Below, in pieces: positions 1 through 12,843 of a DNA stretch of 64,000 nucleotides (its first letter is position 1; each line of letters begins with the position of its first letter). Both the position numbers and the translations under genes were made by a program. This DNA is from Octopus sinensis. Taxonomy: Eukaryota. Under the pieces are notes generated by a model that worked only from the letters and a program-made list of their open reading frames with translations, did not search any database and was not told where the DNA came from. Where the stretch lies: contig NC_043001.1 of the NCBI RefSeq assembly GCF_006345805.1, forward strand, positions 88,040,001 through 88,104,000. The letters run 5' to 3'.

Positions 1-131
1 AAAAAAAAGACAAAATTGTCAATAACCATTTTAATTTATGCATCTTGAAACATGCCGATAGAAATTTCTAAAAAATTCCATTATTACCGTATTGGTCCCA
101 ATTTCAGGGTTAATTCATAAGAATATATATA

Positions 132-515
132 GGTGTAGACATGGCTGTGTGGTAAGAAGCTTGCTTCCCAACCACATGATTCTGGGTTCAGTCCTACTGC
201 ATGGCACCTTGGGCAAGTGTTTTCTACTATAACCTCAGGTCAACCAAAGCCTTGTGAGTAGATTTGGTAGATGGAAACTGAAAGAAGTCTGTTGTATATA
301 CATATGTATATGTATTGTGTGTTTGACAACAGATGTTGGTGTGTTTATGTCCCTGTAACTTAACGGTTCAGCAAAAAAGACCGATAGAATAAGTATTAGG
401 CTTACAAAGAGTAAGTCCTGAGGTCGATTTGGTTGATTAAAATCCCTTAAGGTAGTACTCTAGCATGGCCACAATCAAATGACTGAACCAAATAAATGAA
501 TAAAAGAATAAAAGA
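132..515 (+). mobile_element. tRNA-derived SINE, family A (degenerate copy)
   Basis: Head ggctgtgtggtaagaagcttgc...gggttcagtcc and tail ccagcatggcc.cagtcaaatgactgaa; same consensus recurs more than 10 times in the window. Confidence 0.85.
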
Positions 516-792
516 ATATAGACATATAGATGTGTGTGTGTGTGCAAACATGGCATGAAAGGCACAGTCGTAGCTGTGTAGTAAGAAATTTGCTTTCCAA
601 CCACATGATCTCAGGTTCAGTTTCTCAGCATGGCACCTTGAGTTTCTTTCAATTTCTGTCACCCAAATCCACTGACAAGACTTTGGTTCACCTGAGGCTA
701 TAGTAGAGGATACTTGTCCAAGGTGAATGCAGCTTCCCAGTTTTTGCTTTGTTAGATAATTCACAAATGCATGTTATAACTCCACTTTTTAA

Positions 793-1015
793 CCCTTTAA
801 TTACTGAATTTATTTTGAGGTGTTTTGTGTTTTCTTTCAATTAATTTTAAATATAACAAAGAATTCAGTAAAATAACTTAGTTATCATTCAGCAAGTGTT
901 AGGAACATAAATTGTGACTAAAGTTTGGTGGAAGATTTTAATTTAAAAATTACAAAATCAAGACATTTGTACTACAGTGCCAGAGGCGGTTACAGCCAGG
1001 TTGGTAACGAAAGGG
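793..1015. mobile_element. piggyBac-like MITE
   Basis: TTAA at 789-792 and 1016-1019; termini ccctttaattac / ggtaacgaaaggg are imperfect inverted repeats; no ORF. Confidence 0.65.
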
Positions 1016-1391
1016 TTAATGTTCTAGTGATTCTTGACTAGGTTAAAATTTGGCGAAGAATCTGCAAGGTGTGGTATAACTTTTGTGCAGAATCTTTCAA
1101 ACATTAGTAGTTGTGATGGAAACAGTTCAATGTTAACAGGTATGGCTTTATATGTCTGGCTAAATTATTTCATTGTACTTTGGGCTGGAATTGCGTACTG
1201 TATATTCTCTTGTTTGATGAGATTAGAAAATTCATGACTAAAATATTGAGTCAATACCTGAAGGAAGTGATTTGTCAGGTGTATCAGTTGCATGTCATCT
1301 TTAGTGATTGCAATTACACACACTAAATTATGCATGTGTGTGCATTTGTGTATATATGCATGTTTCTTTCTGATTCTGATTATTTGAAGCC

Positions 1392-1397
<6 letters not shown>

Positions 1398-1427
<30 letters not shown>

Positions 1428-1523
1428 TGTATGTATGTGTGTGTGTATGTGTGTATGTATGTATGTATGTATGATGTATGTATGTATGTATGTATGTACG
1501 TACGTATGTATATATGTATGTAC

Positions 1524-1554
<31 letters not shown>

Positions 1555-1648
1555 TGTATGTATGTATGTATGTACGTATGTATGTACGTATGTATGTACG
1601 TATGTATGTATGTATGTATGTATGTATGTATGTATGTATGTATGTATG
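1398..1648. repeat. (ATGT)n microsatellite
   Basis: Directly visible; explains the MYVC/HTYI ORFs. Confidence 0.97.
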
Positions 1649-2224
1649 GCTATAAATCGCACCTGGTAGTGGGGCCCTGATGCAAGAATTTTAGCATTTT
1701 GAAGAGTGTGGAACCACTACTTAGCTACTATTGTTTCCAGGTATACTCAAACCCAGAATAGCAGCACCTGTCAGGGTCCCAGTAATGGTTTAATTTGCAT
1801 GTTATGAGAGAAACTCCAAGCACAAACCTTTATCGCCTTGTGAATGCCTTGAAAAAGGAAAAACCTAGGAAGGGAAAAACCTCAACAGCAAATCAGGGAA
1901 GAAAAACCCTCAGGTGGTCTTGTACCCTCTTTGACACTGATAAGGCAACTCTAAGATAGGTGGAGCTCTCTGGTCTTGAAAGGCCATTCACATAGAAGAA
2001 GACCCCCTCGAATGTAAAAGCTACAGTTTGCTGGTCATCACAGCCTTTTTAGCTCACTGAGTCAAGTGGTCAGACCTTCAAATGTAGAGTGAGATCAGAT
2101 TTCATAGACTGACTCTCACTTAAAAACCATTAAGCACAGGAAAAAAGAAAAGCTGTGAAGTAATAGAAAAGAGATGACAAGTATTCAAGTGCTGACTGCC
2201 ACAGCTTCAATTCTACTGGTAGGT

Positions 2225-2526
2225 TGTTTGTTCCTTCTCGAGCCATACCTGGTTCATTAGGGCCAGTTTCCTGGTTTCCTTGGCATATAGGTTCCCCACC
2301 TGGATGGGACGCCGGTCTGTCACAGGTGAGCTGCAAGATGCAGGAAGAAAGAGCAAGAGAAAGTTGTGGCAAAAGAGTCAGCAGAAGTTCGCCATTACCT
2401 TCTGCCGGAGCGACGTAGAGCTTAGGTGTTTCACTCATAAACATGCACATCACCTGGTCTGAGATTCGAACCTGCGATCCCTCAACCGCGAGTCCACTGC
2501 TCTAACCACTAGGCCACATGCCTCCA
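2225..2526 (-). mobile_element. tRNA-derived SINE, family C head with 3' body type 1
   Basis: Head gtggaggc.catgtggcctagtggttag on minus strand; 12-bp TSD ctactggtaggt at 2213-2224 and 2527-2538. Confidence 0.8.
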
Positions 2527-2877
2527 CTACTGGTAGGTAGTCTTCTTCGAAAGAAAAAAAAAACTGCCACCACCGTGTGTGTGTGTGAGTCTGTGTGGGG
2601 GGTGCGAATGTGTGTGTGTGTGTGTGAGTGAGATTGCATGTTTGAAAGATTACATCAATAGTTCAGTTAATAAAATAAAAATCATCTCAGATATTTTGGT
2701 GACATTTAACCAAAATTCATTATCAAAACCCTGTTCTTTCTGCTTTAATATTCACTAGAAACCAATAACTAACCAAATGGCTGCAAGACCCAGTACACTT
2801 GTAAAATCATAAAATAGCAAATCCATAGAGTTACAATAATTTGAATGTTATATGTTGATTTAATATCTTTCCTTCTC

Positions 2878-2908
<31 letters not shown>

Positions 2909-3184
2909 CACTCTCTTTCTCGCTCAGTATTTCTACTTGATCTTTAATTACACATTCAAGATTATGTAGTGAATGTATTGTTAAAAATATACACTGGTAA
3001 TTTGATTGGATACCTACATATACGAATATATATATATACATACACACACACATAAACATACATATACACATTAAATATACATGTATCTGTGTGTTTGTGT
3101 GTGTGAGTATGTGTTCAGTGCATGTGTGTGTATGTATCTTCTTGTATTGACATTGTATCCCTGTGTGCTAGTTGTGTTTGTGTG

Positions 3185-3241
<57 letters not shown>

Positions 3242-3424
3242 TACTTTGACTAAATTTACATACAATTACAATGGGTCAGGGTAATGTGTGACATAATTTG
3301 AAATTCAGCATGAACAATCTTTATTGAAATATTGATTCTATGATCTGTGTATGATGATGTGATTATCAGGACTGAATATTGAAGAAATTTCCCAGTTGCT
3401 CTCTTTCCAAAAGACGGGAATCAT

Positions 3425-3491
<67 letters not shown>

Positions 3492-3898
3492 TACCAAATT
3501 ATATTATATCATTATTGTTTCCCATCATTGTTTTAATATTTATTTTTCCATGCTTGCATGGGTCAGATGAAATTTGTTGAAACAAATTTTCTATGGCTGG
3601 ATGCTCTTCCCATTGCTAACCCTTCCCTGTTTACAAGGAAAGTGATATTTCTTACTATGGTTAGATAGGTTTTCATGGAAGATTGCAAATGAGCAGCACA
3701 GTATAACAGTGAAGTTCATTTTACAACTAACACATGATAGTAAGTCAAGGAGACATTCACACGCATATGGGAATGTTCAGGCCTTACACACTAATTCAGT
3801 GAGCAGGTAGTTCTTAATTGATCATTGAACAACTGTATAACCATTACAAAAACCACCTGAGATCAATCCACATATAAGTGTGTATATCTCTCTCTCTT

Positions 3899-3970
<72 letters not shown>

Positions 3971-4244
3971 TGTATAAATCTGTGACTGATGCAAAGTTCC
4001 AGCCAGACCAGGAGTAACATGGTGCTGGAACAGTGATGTAGAGAGTGCTATAATAGCCAAAATAACAATCCTAGAAGGACTGGAAGAGTGGTGGTAGCCA
4101 CTAGATGAGGAAGAAGCAGAAAGGGAATGATTTGTCAACATTATATGGCATGAAGCGAAGAGGATTGTAAGACAGTGTGTCAGAGAAAATCATAATGAAG
4201 TAGGAAAGAAGCATGTACCAATGGATAATGATTCACAAACACTT

Positions 4245-4413
4245 ACTCTTTTACTTGTTTCAGTCATTTGACTGCAGCCATGCTGGAGCACTGCCTTTAG
4301 TCGAGCAAATCGACCCCAGGACTTATTCTTTGTAAGCCTAGTACTTATTCTATCGGACTCTTTTGTTGAACCGCTAAGTTACAGGGGCATAAATACACCA
4401 TACATACATATAC

Positions 4414-4477
<64 letters not shown>

Positions 4478-4635
4478 CAGGCTTCTTTCAGTTTCCGTCT
4501 ACCAAATCCACTCACAAGGCTTTGGTCAGTCCGAGGCTATAGTAGAAGACACTTGCCCAAGGTGCCAAGCAGTGTAACTGAACCCAGAACCATGTGGTTG
4601 GTAAGCAACCTACTTACCACACAGCCACTCCTGTG
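4245..4635 (-). mobile_element. SINE family A with internal (TA)n
   Basis: Reverse complement of the family A consensus. Confidence 0.85.
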
Positions 4636-4699
4636 CCTTAGTGATTTTAAAAAGAAAGACGTGTAGAAGTGACACTGAAAGATTACTAAATGAAGAGAA

Positions 4700-5620
4700 T
4701 GTATAGACTCAACAAAGAGACCAGCTATCCAAGTTGACAACAGTATGATAGCTAATGCAATTAAGGATATGGAAACAGGGAAAGCTCCTGGTCCATAGGG
4801 AATAACTACTAAGATACTTGTAATATCTGGTGGAGTGGAATACAGCCTAGTCACCTGTATAGTGCATCAGGCTTTACAGGAAGAGGTTATGCCCAATGAC
4901 TGGTGTAACAGCATTATGGTCAACTGCTGCAAAGGAAAATGAGACACCTTAAGCAGAAGTAATTATAAAGGTATCAAATTGCTGGGCCAGGTCACGAAAG
5001 TTACAGAAAGGACTATAGCTCAACTTATTAGTGTTAGTCTAGATAAGATACTGTTTGATTTTGTGCCAGGGAGAAGCATTATTGATGCTATTTTCCTAGT
5101 AAAGCAACTTCAGGAGAAAGCCTTTGACAAGGTCCCTCACACTTTCCTCAGGTGGTTGCTGCAGAAGCTAGGGGTAGATGAATGACTAATGAAAGCTTTC
5201 AAGCCATGCATAGAGGCACTGCCAGTAAGGTGAAAATCATCAACAAATTTAATGTGCAGGTAGGAGTTCACCATAGCTTGGTTCTCAGCCAGCTCTTATC
5301 ATAGTCCTCAAGGCCATAACAGAGGAGTTTAAGACTTGATGGCTTTGGGATATCCTCTAAGCTGATGACCTTGTCCTTATAGTTAAAACTATAGTAGAAT
5401 AATTTTTTTAAAATTCCAGATGTGAAAGCAAAATCTGGAATCAAAAGGCCTTAGAGTAAACTTAGGAAAGACCAAAAGTCCAAGTAAGCATGAAATCAGA
5501 TAAATTACATTTCCCTTCGGTGAAATGGCCCTATTCAATGTGCAGAAAAGATCTGGATAGAAATTCCATATGGTTTATCCAGTACAAGCTGTGGACACAC
5601 AAGCAATGAAGTAGAATCAC
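4700..5620 (+). pseudogene. RTE-clade LINE reverse transcriptase remnant
   Basis: Broken frames read GKAPGP, NYKGIKLL, FDFVPGRSIIDAIFLVKQLQEK, AFDKVP and a degenerate xADDLVL motif; many stops and frameshifts. Confidence 0.85.
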
Positions 5621-6716
5621 AGCAAGGTTAATAGAGAGAGAAAGTAGTCTTTGTGTGCAGCATATGAGCAGGAAGAATAAATGCCAAAATCTCAGGAAAC
5701 AGATTTCCTTGAATTTTCAGGAGGATCCTTAGAAATAGTCTTTCACCTTCTCACAAACTTACTTACCCACCCCTACCGCTTCTCTTTACTCACTTTCCAG
5801 TAACTTCACAACCATTCTCTTTCTCTTCCAACTGGGGTAACCATGTATCATCTCTACAACAAGACATTCTTTATAGACTGTTATCATACTTTAACATCTC
5901 ATCACCTGGCATAAGCCACTTCCCTCAATAGTAGTACCCCAGCTACCTCAGTTTAAGTAACCTCACTAGTACCAGTACCATGTAAAAAGTATTCAATACA
6001 CTCTCTAAAGTAGTTTGTGTGAGGAAGGGCACCCTAAAGCAAACATTAGAGCTTAGCGTAACCCTCTAGCTCATCAGCCCCTGTTAAATCAGCCAATCCA
6101 TGCCAGCATAGAAAATAGACATTAAATGATGATGAAGATGATACTGAAAAAGTCAAAAAGTTTCACCTGAATAATATTATAAACAAAACGAAAGGAGAAA
6201 ACACTCCAAGTGCTTTATTGTAATAAGGAGGAAAATATTTACATTTTTATCAAAATATGTTCTTGGTTTCAATTGTTATAATCTGACCCAACAGCCAATA
6301 ATTATAATATGATCACTATGATTCAAATTTTGTAAACCTTCAAAATGCTATCATGAAAGATTTATTAAATTTAACTCACTTCTCCCTTTTCTTTTTGCAG
6401 GATTAAATTTTTTAACAAATGAAACTGGTAGCCTATTTTGATAAATGTGTAATTATGTTTCTGCTAATATTCATGATAATGTTCTCAAAGCAGGGTGACT
6501 GTTAAGTCTGGATATATTGCCAAAAATGCATATTTTCAATAATCTAATTCATTTACATTAATGAATATCATTTACAACACAGTTTATGCCACTAGTGTTG
6601 CACGTTTGATGCACTTTCATGAGATACACATGAACTGAATGCAGTAACTTTACATTTCCATCAATTTGAGCACATTCATTCATCCAGATTTTAAAGTGTG
6701 TGTGTGCATCCATGTG

Positions 6717-6767
<51 letters not shown>

Positions 6768-6769
6768 AG

Positions 6770-7010
6770 GGAGGCGATTGCACTGGTATGGTCATGTAAT
6801 GCGTATGGACACAGACATCTGTGTAAAGAAGTGCTGATCTTAACTGTGGAGGGAACCTGTGGTAGAGGTAGATACAGGAAGACATGGGACGAAGTGGTGA
6901 ACCATATCTTTGAACTTTGAACCTCACAGAGGCAATGACTAGTGACCGAAACCTTTGGCGATGTGCTCTGCTTAAAAGGACTCATCAAGCCAAGTGCACC
7001 CATGCTGGTG
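6770..7010 (+). mobile_element. RTE LINE 3' coding remnant
   Basis: Reads RLHWYGHVMRMD...VEGTCGRGRYRKTWDEVV, typical of the RTE ORF C-terminus. Confidence 0.75.
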
Positions 7011-7019
7011 GCACATTGG

Positions 7020-7190
7020 CCTCATGGAGGTAAGTGGCTGAGTTCCTTTTGAGCGTTGGGCCTCATGGAGGCAAAGTGGCTGAGTTCCTTTCGAGCATTG
7101 GGTCGCATGGAGGTAAGTGGCTGAGTTCCTTTTGAGTGTTGGGCCTCACAGATGCAAGTGTTGGGCCTTACGGAGGCAATGACCAAGACC
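7020..7190 (+). repeat. ~42-bp minisatellite inside an RTE-related 3' region
   Basis: About 4 copies of cctcatggagg.aagtggctgagttcctttt gag.gttggg. Confidence 0.75.
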
Positions 7191-7470
7191 TTTGGCATTA
7201 TGTTGTGCTTGAGAAGAAACCCATCAAGCCAAGCAAAATCGTTGTCATGGAAGATACCAGTGTAATGCAAATGGCACCCATGCTTGTGGCACCTAAAAGC
7301 AGCCACTACACTCTCGGAGTGGTTGGCATTAGGAAATGCATCCAGCTGTAGAAAACCATGCCAAATCAGACTGGAGCCTAGCGCAGCCTTCCAGCATGCC
7401 ATCCCAATCAAACCATCCAACCCATGCCAACATGGACAGTGGACATTTAATGATGATGATGATGATATAT
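7190..7470 (+). mobile_element. RTE-type 3' tail ending in (GAT)n
   Basis: gcatccagctgtagaaa...catgccaacatggacagtggacatttaatgatgatgat; relatives at ~12045-12192, 20000-20285, 33645-33820 and 44205-44490. Confidence 0.7.
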
Positions 7471-7535
7471 CGTTAGTGAAAAACATAAATCCGAATGAAG
7501 AAGCACATTCTAAGATGTAGAGCAGTATATCTTAA

Positions 7536-8231
7536 AAATGGGGAAGGCCGGTTTATGGGATTACCTTAGGTTTCCAGTCCATAAAGGGTTTAGCTTTATG
7601 ATGTATCATCAGATCCTAAAAACCTGTTGGCCCATGGCCTCTTAAACATATGGAGGGTGAAATGCCTCACTACTCAAGGGTAACAATTAGGGAGTTTTCT
7701 CCTTTTGCTATTGGTTCGAGACATTGCTTGAATGCTCTCCAACCACAGGTTCTTCTTCAGAGCTCCAGAAAGGAGATACATAGCTTCACTGGCCAGCCAC
7801 ATCTGGCAACTAATAGACGATGGGATTCCATACTTGATTGCATGGAAAATCCTTGAGAACCAAGGCCCCTATATCAATGGGATGAAACAATGCAATTTAT
7901 GCATAGCTGAATGCATGAGAATCTTAAAAAACTCACTTAAACCAGGAACATACTTCATTCCAGAATGGAGATTATCAGGCTGTGTTTACATTTTGGAAGG
8001 TTCCTGCTAGTTTTTGGATCTCACTAGATGGCGGCACAGCCAGAAGTCGATAGCCAATAGCAAAGGGAGATAATCCCCAATTGTTACCCTTGAGTAGTGA
8101 GGCTTTTCCCCCTCCATATTTTTAGGAGGTCATAGGCCAACAGGTTTTCGGGATCTGACAATATGCCATAAAGCTAAACCCTTTATGGACGGGAAACCAA
8201 AGGTAATCCCATAAACCGGCCTTCCCCATTT
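7536..8231 (+). mobile_element. 5'-truncated Penelope-like element: inverted pseudo-LTRs flanking a GIY-YIG C-terminal fragment
   Basis: ~180-bp diverged inverted repeats at 7536-7716 and 8052-8231; internal ORF 7732-8010 reads NHRFFF...SLASHIWQL...IAWKILE...YINGMKQCNLCIAE, the C-terminal pattern of PLE endonucleases. Confidence 0.65.
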
Positions 8232-8472
8232 GTAATATGTATATACATATATATATTATTTAAAACAGTTTGATACGGTTTCATGTGGCTTAAAGTTTCA
8301 CAGGCCTCTAACAGAAGCCCATATCTTTCAAGCTTAATTCAAAGCCTGAAAGAGACAGGCTTCTGTTAGAAGCTTGCGAACTGTGAGTCACATGGAACCA
8401 TATCAAACAGCTTTAAGTGATAAATGTCACTCCTACAAGTGTTGAATGCTCTTTTCCTCCATTCATCCTCTG

Positions 8473-8520
<48 letters not shown>

Positions 8521-8731
8521 ACACACACACTCACACACACACTCACACACACACACAATATAATATAAGGAAAATGGAGAGTTTGAACACAGAAAAAATC
8601 AATTTATATATATAATAGTTACATTCATATTGCTTGCAAACATTTCATTTTCTTACCTTCCAGGATACGCTTGGATAAAATACATCCCTGTGAAAGAGCA
8701 ATCTCTTTCCATTTGAAACTTCATATATATA

Positions 8732-8802
<71 letters not shown>

Positions 8803-8829
8803 GCATGTATGTATGTATATGTATGTATA

Positions 8830-8862
<33 letters not shown>

Positions 8863-8887
8863 GCATATGTATATATATATATATATG

Positions 8888-8925
<38 letters not shown>

Positions 8926-8929
8926 ATAA

Positions 8930-9165
8930 ATATTAGGGAATAAATCCAAATTTACAGGGAAAAAATCAGATTTAGGATTAAATCCAATTTATAGTAAAAT
9001 AAATTAAAACAGATTAGGAGATCGAAAATCCACCTGACGAATGTCATTGAAGACATGAAACGATTGTAGTGGCGGTTTATTTCTTTATATTAAAAAATTT
9101 TTATGTATTGATTAAGTCTTTCCTTGTTTGTTTTGCAAAATAGTGGTTTTGTCTCGAATTAATAT
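8930..9165 (+). mobile_element. Penelope-like terminal repeat fragment between (TA)n tracts
   Basis: Carries a canonical hammerhead (9030-9072) and is flanked by (TA)n on both sides. Confidence 0.55.
9030..9072 (+). ncRNA. Minimal type I hammerhead ribozyme (canonical core)
   Basis: ccac / CTGACGA / atgtc-attgaa-gacat / GAAA-c-gatt-g-T-A / gtgg; stems I-III pair; predicted GUA cleavage after 9068. Confidence 0.8.
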
Positions 9166-9166
9166 A

Positions 9167-9202
<36 letters not shown>

Positions 9203-9203
<1 letters not shown>

Positions 9204-9672
9204 GTTAAATATTTGTTGTGCAAGATTTTTTATGTGAAGTCGTGTGTTGAAACAGATATTGTTATATTTCGGAATGGTCATTTTGCCAGTTTAGCCAATA
9301 AAAACACACGCACTATATATTTGGTGTTATTTTGCTTCGTGATATTTATTTTTTACATTAATCTTAATCTTATTTCGGCCAAAGTTCTTTCGTCACACTC
9401 CTGTGACCGCATCAGTGGTCCTTTGTTTTCTTCTCACTTACTTGTGTCTCTCCTTAACCGTCAGCCATTTTGTTAGTAAGGAGAGACACAGTAAGTGAGA
9501 AGAAAACAAAGGACCACTGATGCGGTCACAGGAGTGTGACGAAAGAACTTTGGCTGAAATAAGATTAAGATTAATGTAAAAAATAAATATCACTGAAGCA
9601 AAATAACAAAATATATAGTGCGTGTGTTTTTATTAAAAACTGGCATATATGACCATTCCGAAATATAACAAT
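9203..9672. mobile_element. Penelope-like pseudo-LTR pair in head-to-head inverted arrangement
   Basis: ~9250-9455 is the reverse complement of ~9476-9670 with a ~20-bp spacer; same family as 12207-12480, which is linked to a GIY-YIG ORF; degenerate HHR-like motif at 9511-9555. Confidence 0.7.
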
Positions 9673-9673
9673 A

Positions 9674-9746
<73 letters not shown>

Positions 9747-10743
9747 GGGGGGGGTCTGTATATATATGGATCAGATCATTGTGTGTATGTGTTTGTACAT
9801 ACAATTGACTCCTTTTGGTTCCTGTCTACCAAATTCACTTTCAGGGTTTTCCTCAACCTTAGGCGCTAGTAAGAGACACTTGCCCAATATGCAATGCACC
9901 AGGATTGAACCTGAAACCATATAGTAGTTGCAAAGCAAATTTCCTAAGCATGCACCCAGCAATGTTCTTCAACTTTTCCCGTATCATTGCTGTTGAATTC
10001 TTTGCAATCATGACATCTGTGCAACAATTAATACCACCATCTACTTGCACTAGGGATGAACATACAAATACCCGAAACACTCTTGGTCTCTGTCTCATCT
10101 CCAAACCTAGACATTCCTAATTCTAACCATCTCTGCACCAATCAAATAACCCAATCACTATATAATAACAGATACCGCCACATCTCCACATACTATGTGA
10201 CAGCCTGCTTCCTGACACTTGTGGCCCATGAGGTTAGCTGATTGGTTCTGTGCTAATTTTACATTTACTCTGGCAGCAAATAAACTTCACCTCTGACCCA
10301 GCTGAGTTAGCTAAGCAAATTACTGAATACATATTCTTAAGCATTTTCTCTGAATTTCTAAACTGTAGAATTAGCATTATTATAAATTGTTATATTGAGA
10401 CTAATGTGCTCATTTCGGTTGTTATGGTTACAAATTTTCAGCCATTGCACTCTTCAGCCTGCTTCAAGTGTCTGTCATATTCAGTAATGTTGTTTAAGTG
10501 TCAATTGTTCAGTGTAGTAATTTAGCTATTGGATATGAGTTCAATCTGTCCTTTGGTTGATCAATCAATATATGTATATTCTGGCTGAGGCAGAATGAAC
10601 ATGAAACAACAAATATAAAAGAAAAAAGAAATAAACAAGCAGGAGAATATCACTGGTATGGTCAACATAGTGAGAACAATCTGCTCTGTCACAGTCATCC
10701 TCATCATTCTCACCATCACCATGACAGTCAGCAGCAGTAGCAA

Positions 10744-11109
10744 GTGGAGGCGCAATGGCCCAGTGTTTAGGGCAGTGGGCTCGCGGTCGGAAGATCGCGG
10801 TTTCGATTCCCAGACTGGGCGTTGTGTGTGTTTATTGAGTGAAAACACCTTAAGCTCCATGAGGCTCCGGCAGGGTGGTGGGGGTGGCGACCCCTGTTGC
10901 ACTCTTTCGCTCCAACTTTCTCTCATTCTTTCTTCCTGTTTCTTATCCCCGACTTCCTACGCAACCACTGAGCCTAGATGTGCATTCATCCATCCGTCGA
11001 TGCTCTCAGTGACGGGGGGGGTTGACCTGCTTTCTCTTCTGCGGGTCTTACGAATAGCAAAGGACCACGTTTATCTTGCAAGCTCTGGGACGAAGACCGT
11101 TCACTCAAC
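10744..11109 (+). mobile_element. SINE family C head with 3' body type 2
   Basis: gtggaggcgcaatggcccagtg...ggtttcgattccc head (A/B-box like); body ends gacgaagaccgttcactcaac. Confidence 0.85.
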
Positions 11110-11399
11110 AGCAGCAGCAACAGCAGCAGTAGTAACCACAGCAGTAGCAACTGCAGCAGTAGTATTTTAACATCCACATTTTCATGCTTCCATGGATCAA
11201 ACAGAGTTTGTTGGGATAATTTTTTTTATAGTTGGATGCCTTTCCAGATTCCAATGCTCACCTCTTTCCGAGAAAAATAATATTACATCATGGCATGACA
11301 ATTTTCATGAAAGACTGAAAATGGATGATGTTACTAATATGATGGTGGCACCCATTTAGAACTATCATACAATGATAAGACAAGGAGATATGCAAACCC

Positions 11400-11453
11400 A
11401 TAAACATACATGCATAAATACATACATACATGTACATATATATATATATATAT

Positions 11454-11502
<49 letters not shown>

Positions 11503-11742
11503 TATACACTTAATCATTTATATATTTGTATGTATGTCTGTATAGGTATATGTACATATATATATGAATGTATATATCCTTGATTAAATATATTCTATGA
11601 GAATATGATATACTGAACTTAAAATGAGTGCTCTTTGTATATAAGTGTCAAACTATTAATATCATTAAAGTATTTAGACATTTAATACAAGCGATTATAT
11701 ATAATAGTTGTGAAATATATAATATATTATGAAGAATGTATG

Positions 11743-11775
<33 letters not shown>

Positions 11776-12000
11776 GTATGTATGTAATGTACGTATGTAT
11801 GTATGTATGTATGTATGTATGTATGTATGTATGTATGTATGTATGTATGTATGTATGTATGTATGCATGTATGTATGCTTATATATATACACATATACAT
11901 ATATATATACTTTTACACACATACACATATATGTATGTAACATATATATACTTATATGTATATGTGTATGTGAGTGTGTATATCTCTAAATCTATATCTT

Positions 12001-12042
<42 letters not shown>

Positions 12043-12045
12043 TCA
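11400..12045. repeat. Compound (TA)n/(ATGT)n microsatellite cluster
   Basis: Directly visible. Confidence 0.9.
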
Positions 12046-12206
12046 TCCTCATCATCATCATCGTTTAGCGTCCATTTTCCATGCTAGCATGGGTTGGACG
12101 GTTCTACTGGGGTCTGTGAAGCCAGAAGGCTTCATCAGGCCCAGTCAAAATCTGGCAGTGTTTCTACGGCTGGATGCCCTTCCTAACGCCAATATATATA
12201 TATATA

Positions 12207-12773
12207 CGTTTAAATATTTGTTGTGCAAGATTTTTATGTGAAGTCATGTGTTGAAACAGATATTGTTATATTTCGGAATGGTCATTTTGCCAGTTTAGCC
12301 AATAAAAACATACGCACTATATATTTGGTGTTATTTTGCTTCATTGTAATTTATTTTTTACATTAATCTTAATCTTATTTCGGCCAGAGTTCTTTCGTCA
12401 CACTCCTGTGACCTTTTCAGTGGTCCTTTGTTTTCTTCTTTCTTATTTGTGTCTCTCCTTACTAACCGTCAGCCATTTTGTATTTCTATTGTATGTCTTC
12501 ATTTGCGCATGCTTATATCTCTATGTGCGTTTATGTTTATTTAGTGTGTGTATGTGGGGGGATGCCTGTAATATTTGTATCTTCTGTTTATATATGTTCA
12601 TGTAATTTGTATTTTGTTTTTGTTGTTTTTGTTTATTCTTATTTTGTTCATGAGTTTACATCCACTTATTATTATCATTACAAATGCTTGTATGTATAAC
12701 AACAATACTAGTAATAATAATAATAAATCGAATCGAAAAAAATATATATATAAAAATATATTTAAAAAAAATC

Positions 12774-12843
<70 letters not shown>

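Noticed and set aside
1262-1326. Possible minus-strand exon (CVIAITKDDMQLIHLTNHFLQ followed by gtattg)
   Set aside because: No pyrimidine tract at the acceptor and no recognisable homology
1165-1680. Long ORFs such as MYVCMYVC and HTYIHTYI, and the many IYIYIY or CVCVCV ORFs across the window
   Set aside because: Stop-free read-through of (ATGT)n, (TA)n and (CA)n microsatellites; not genes
10744-10830. tRNA-like sequences at SINE heads
   Set aside because: They continue into SINE bodies with TSDs and lack a complete cloverleaf; not tRNA genes
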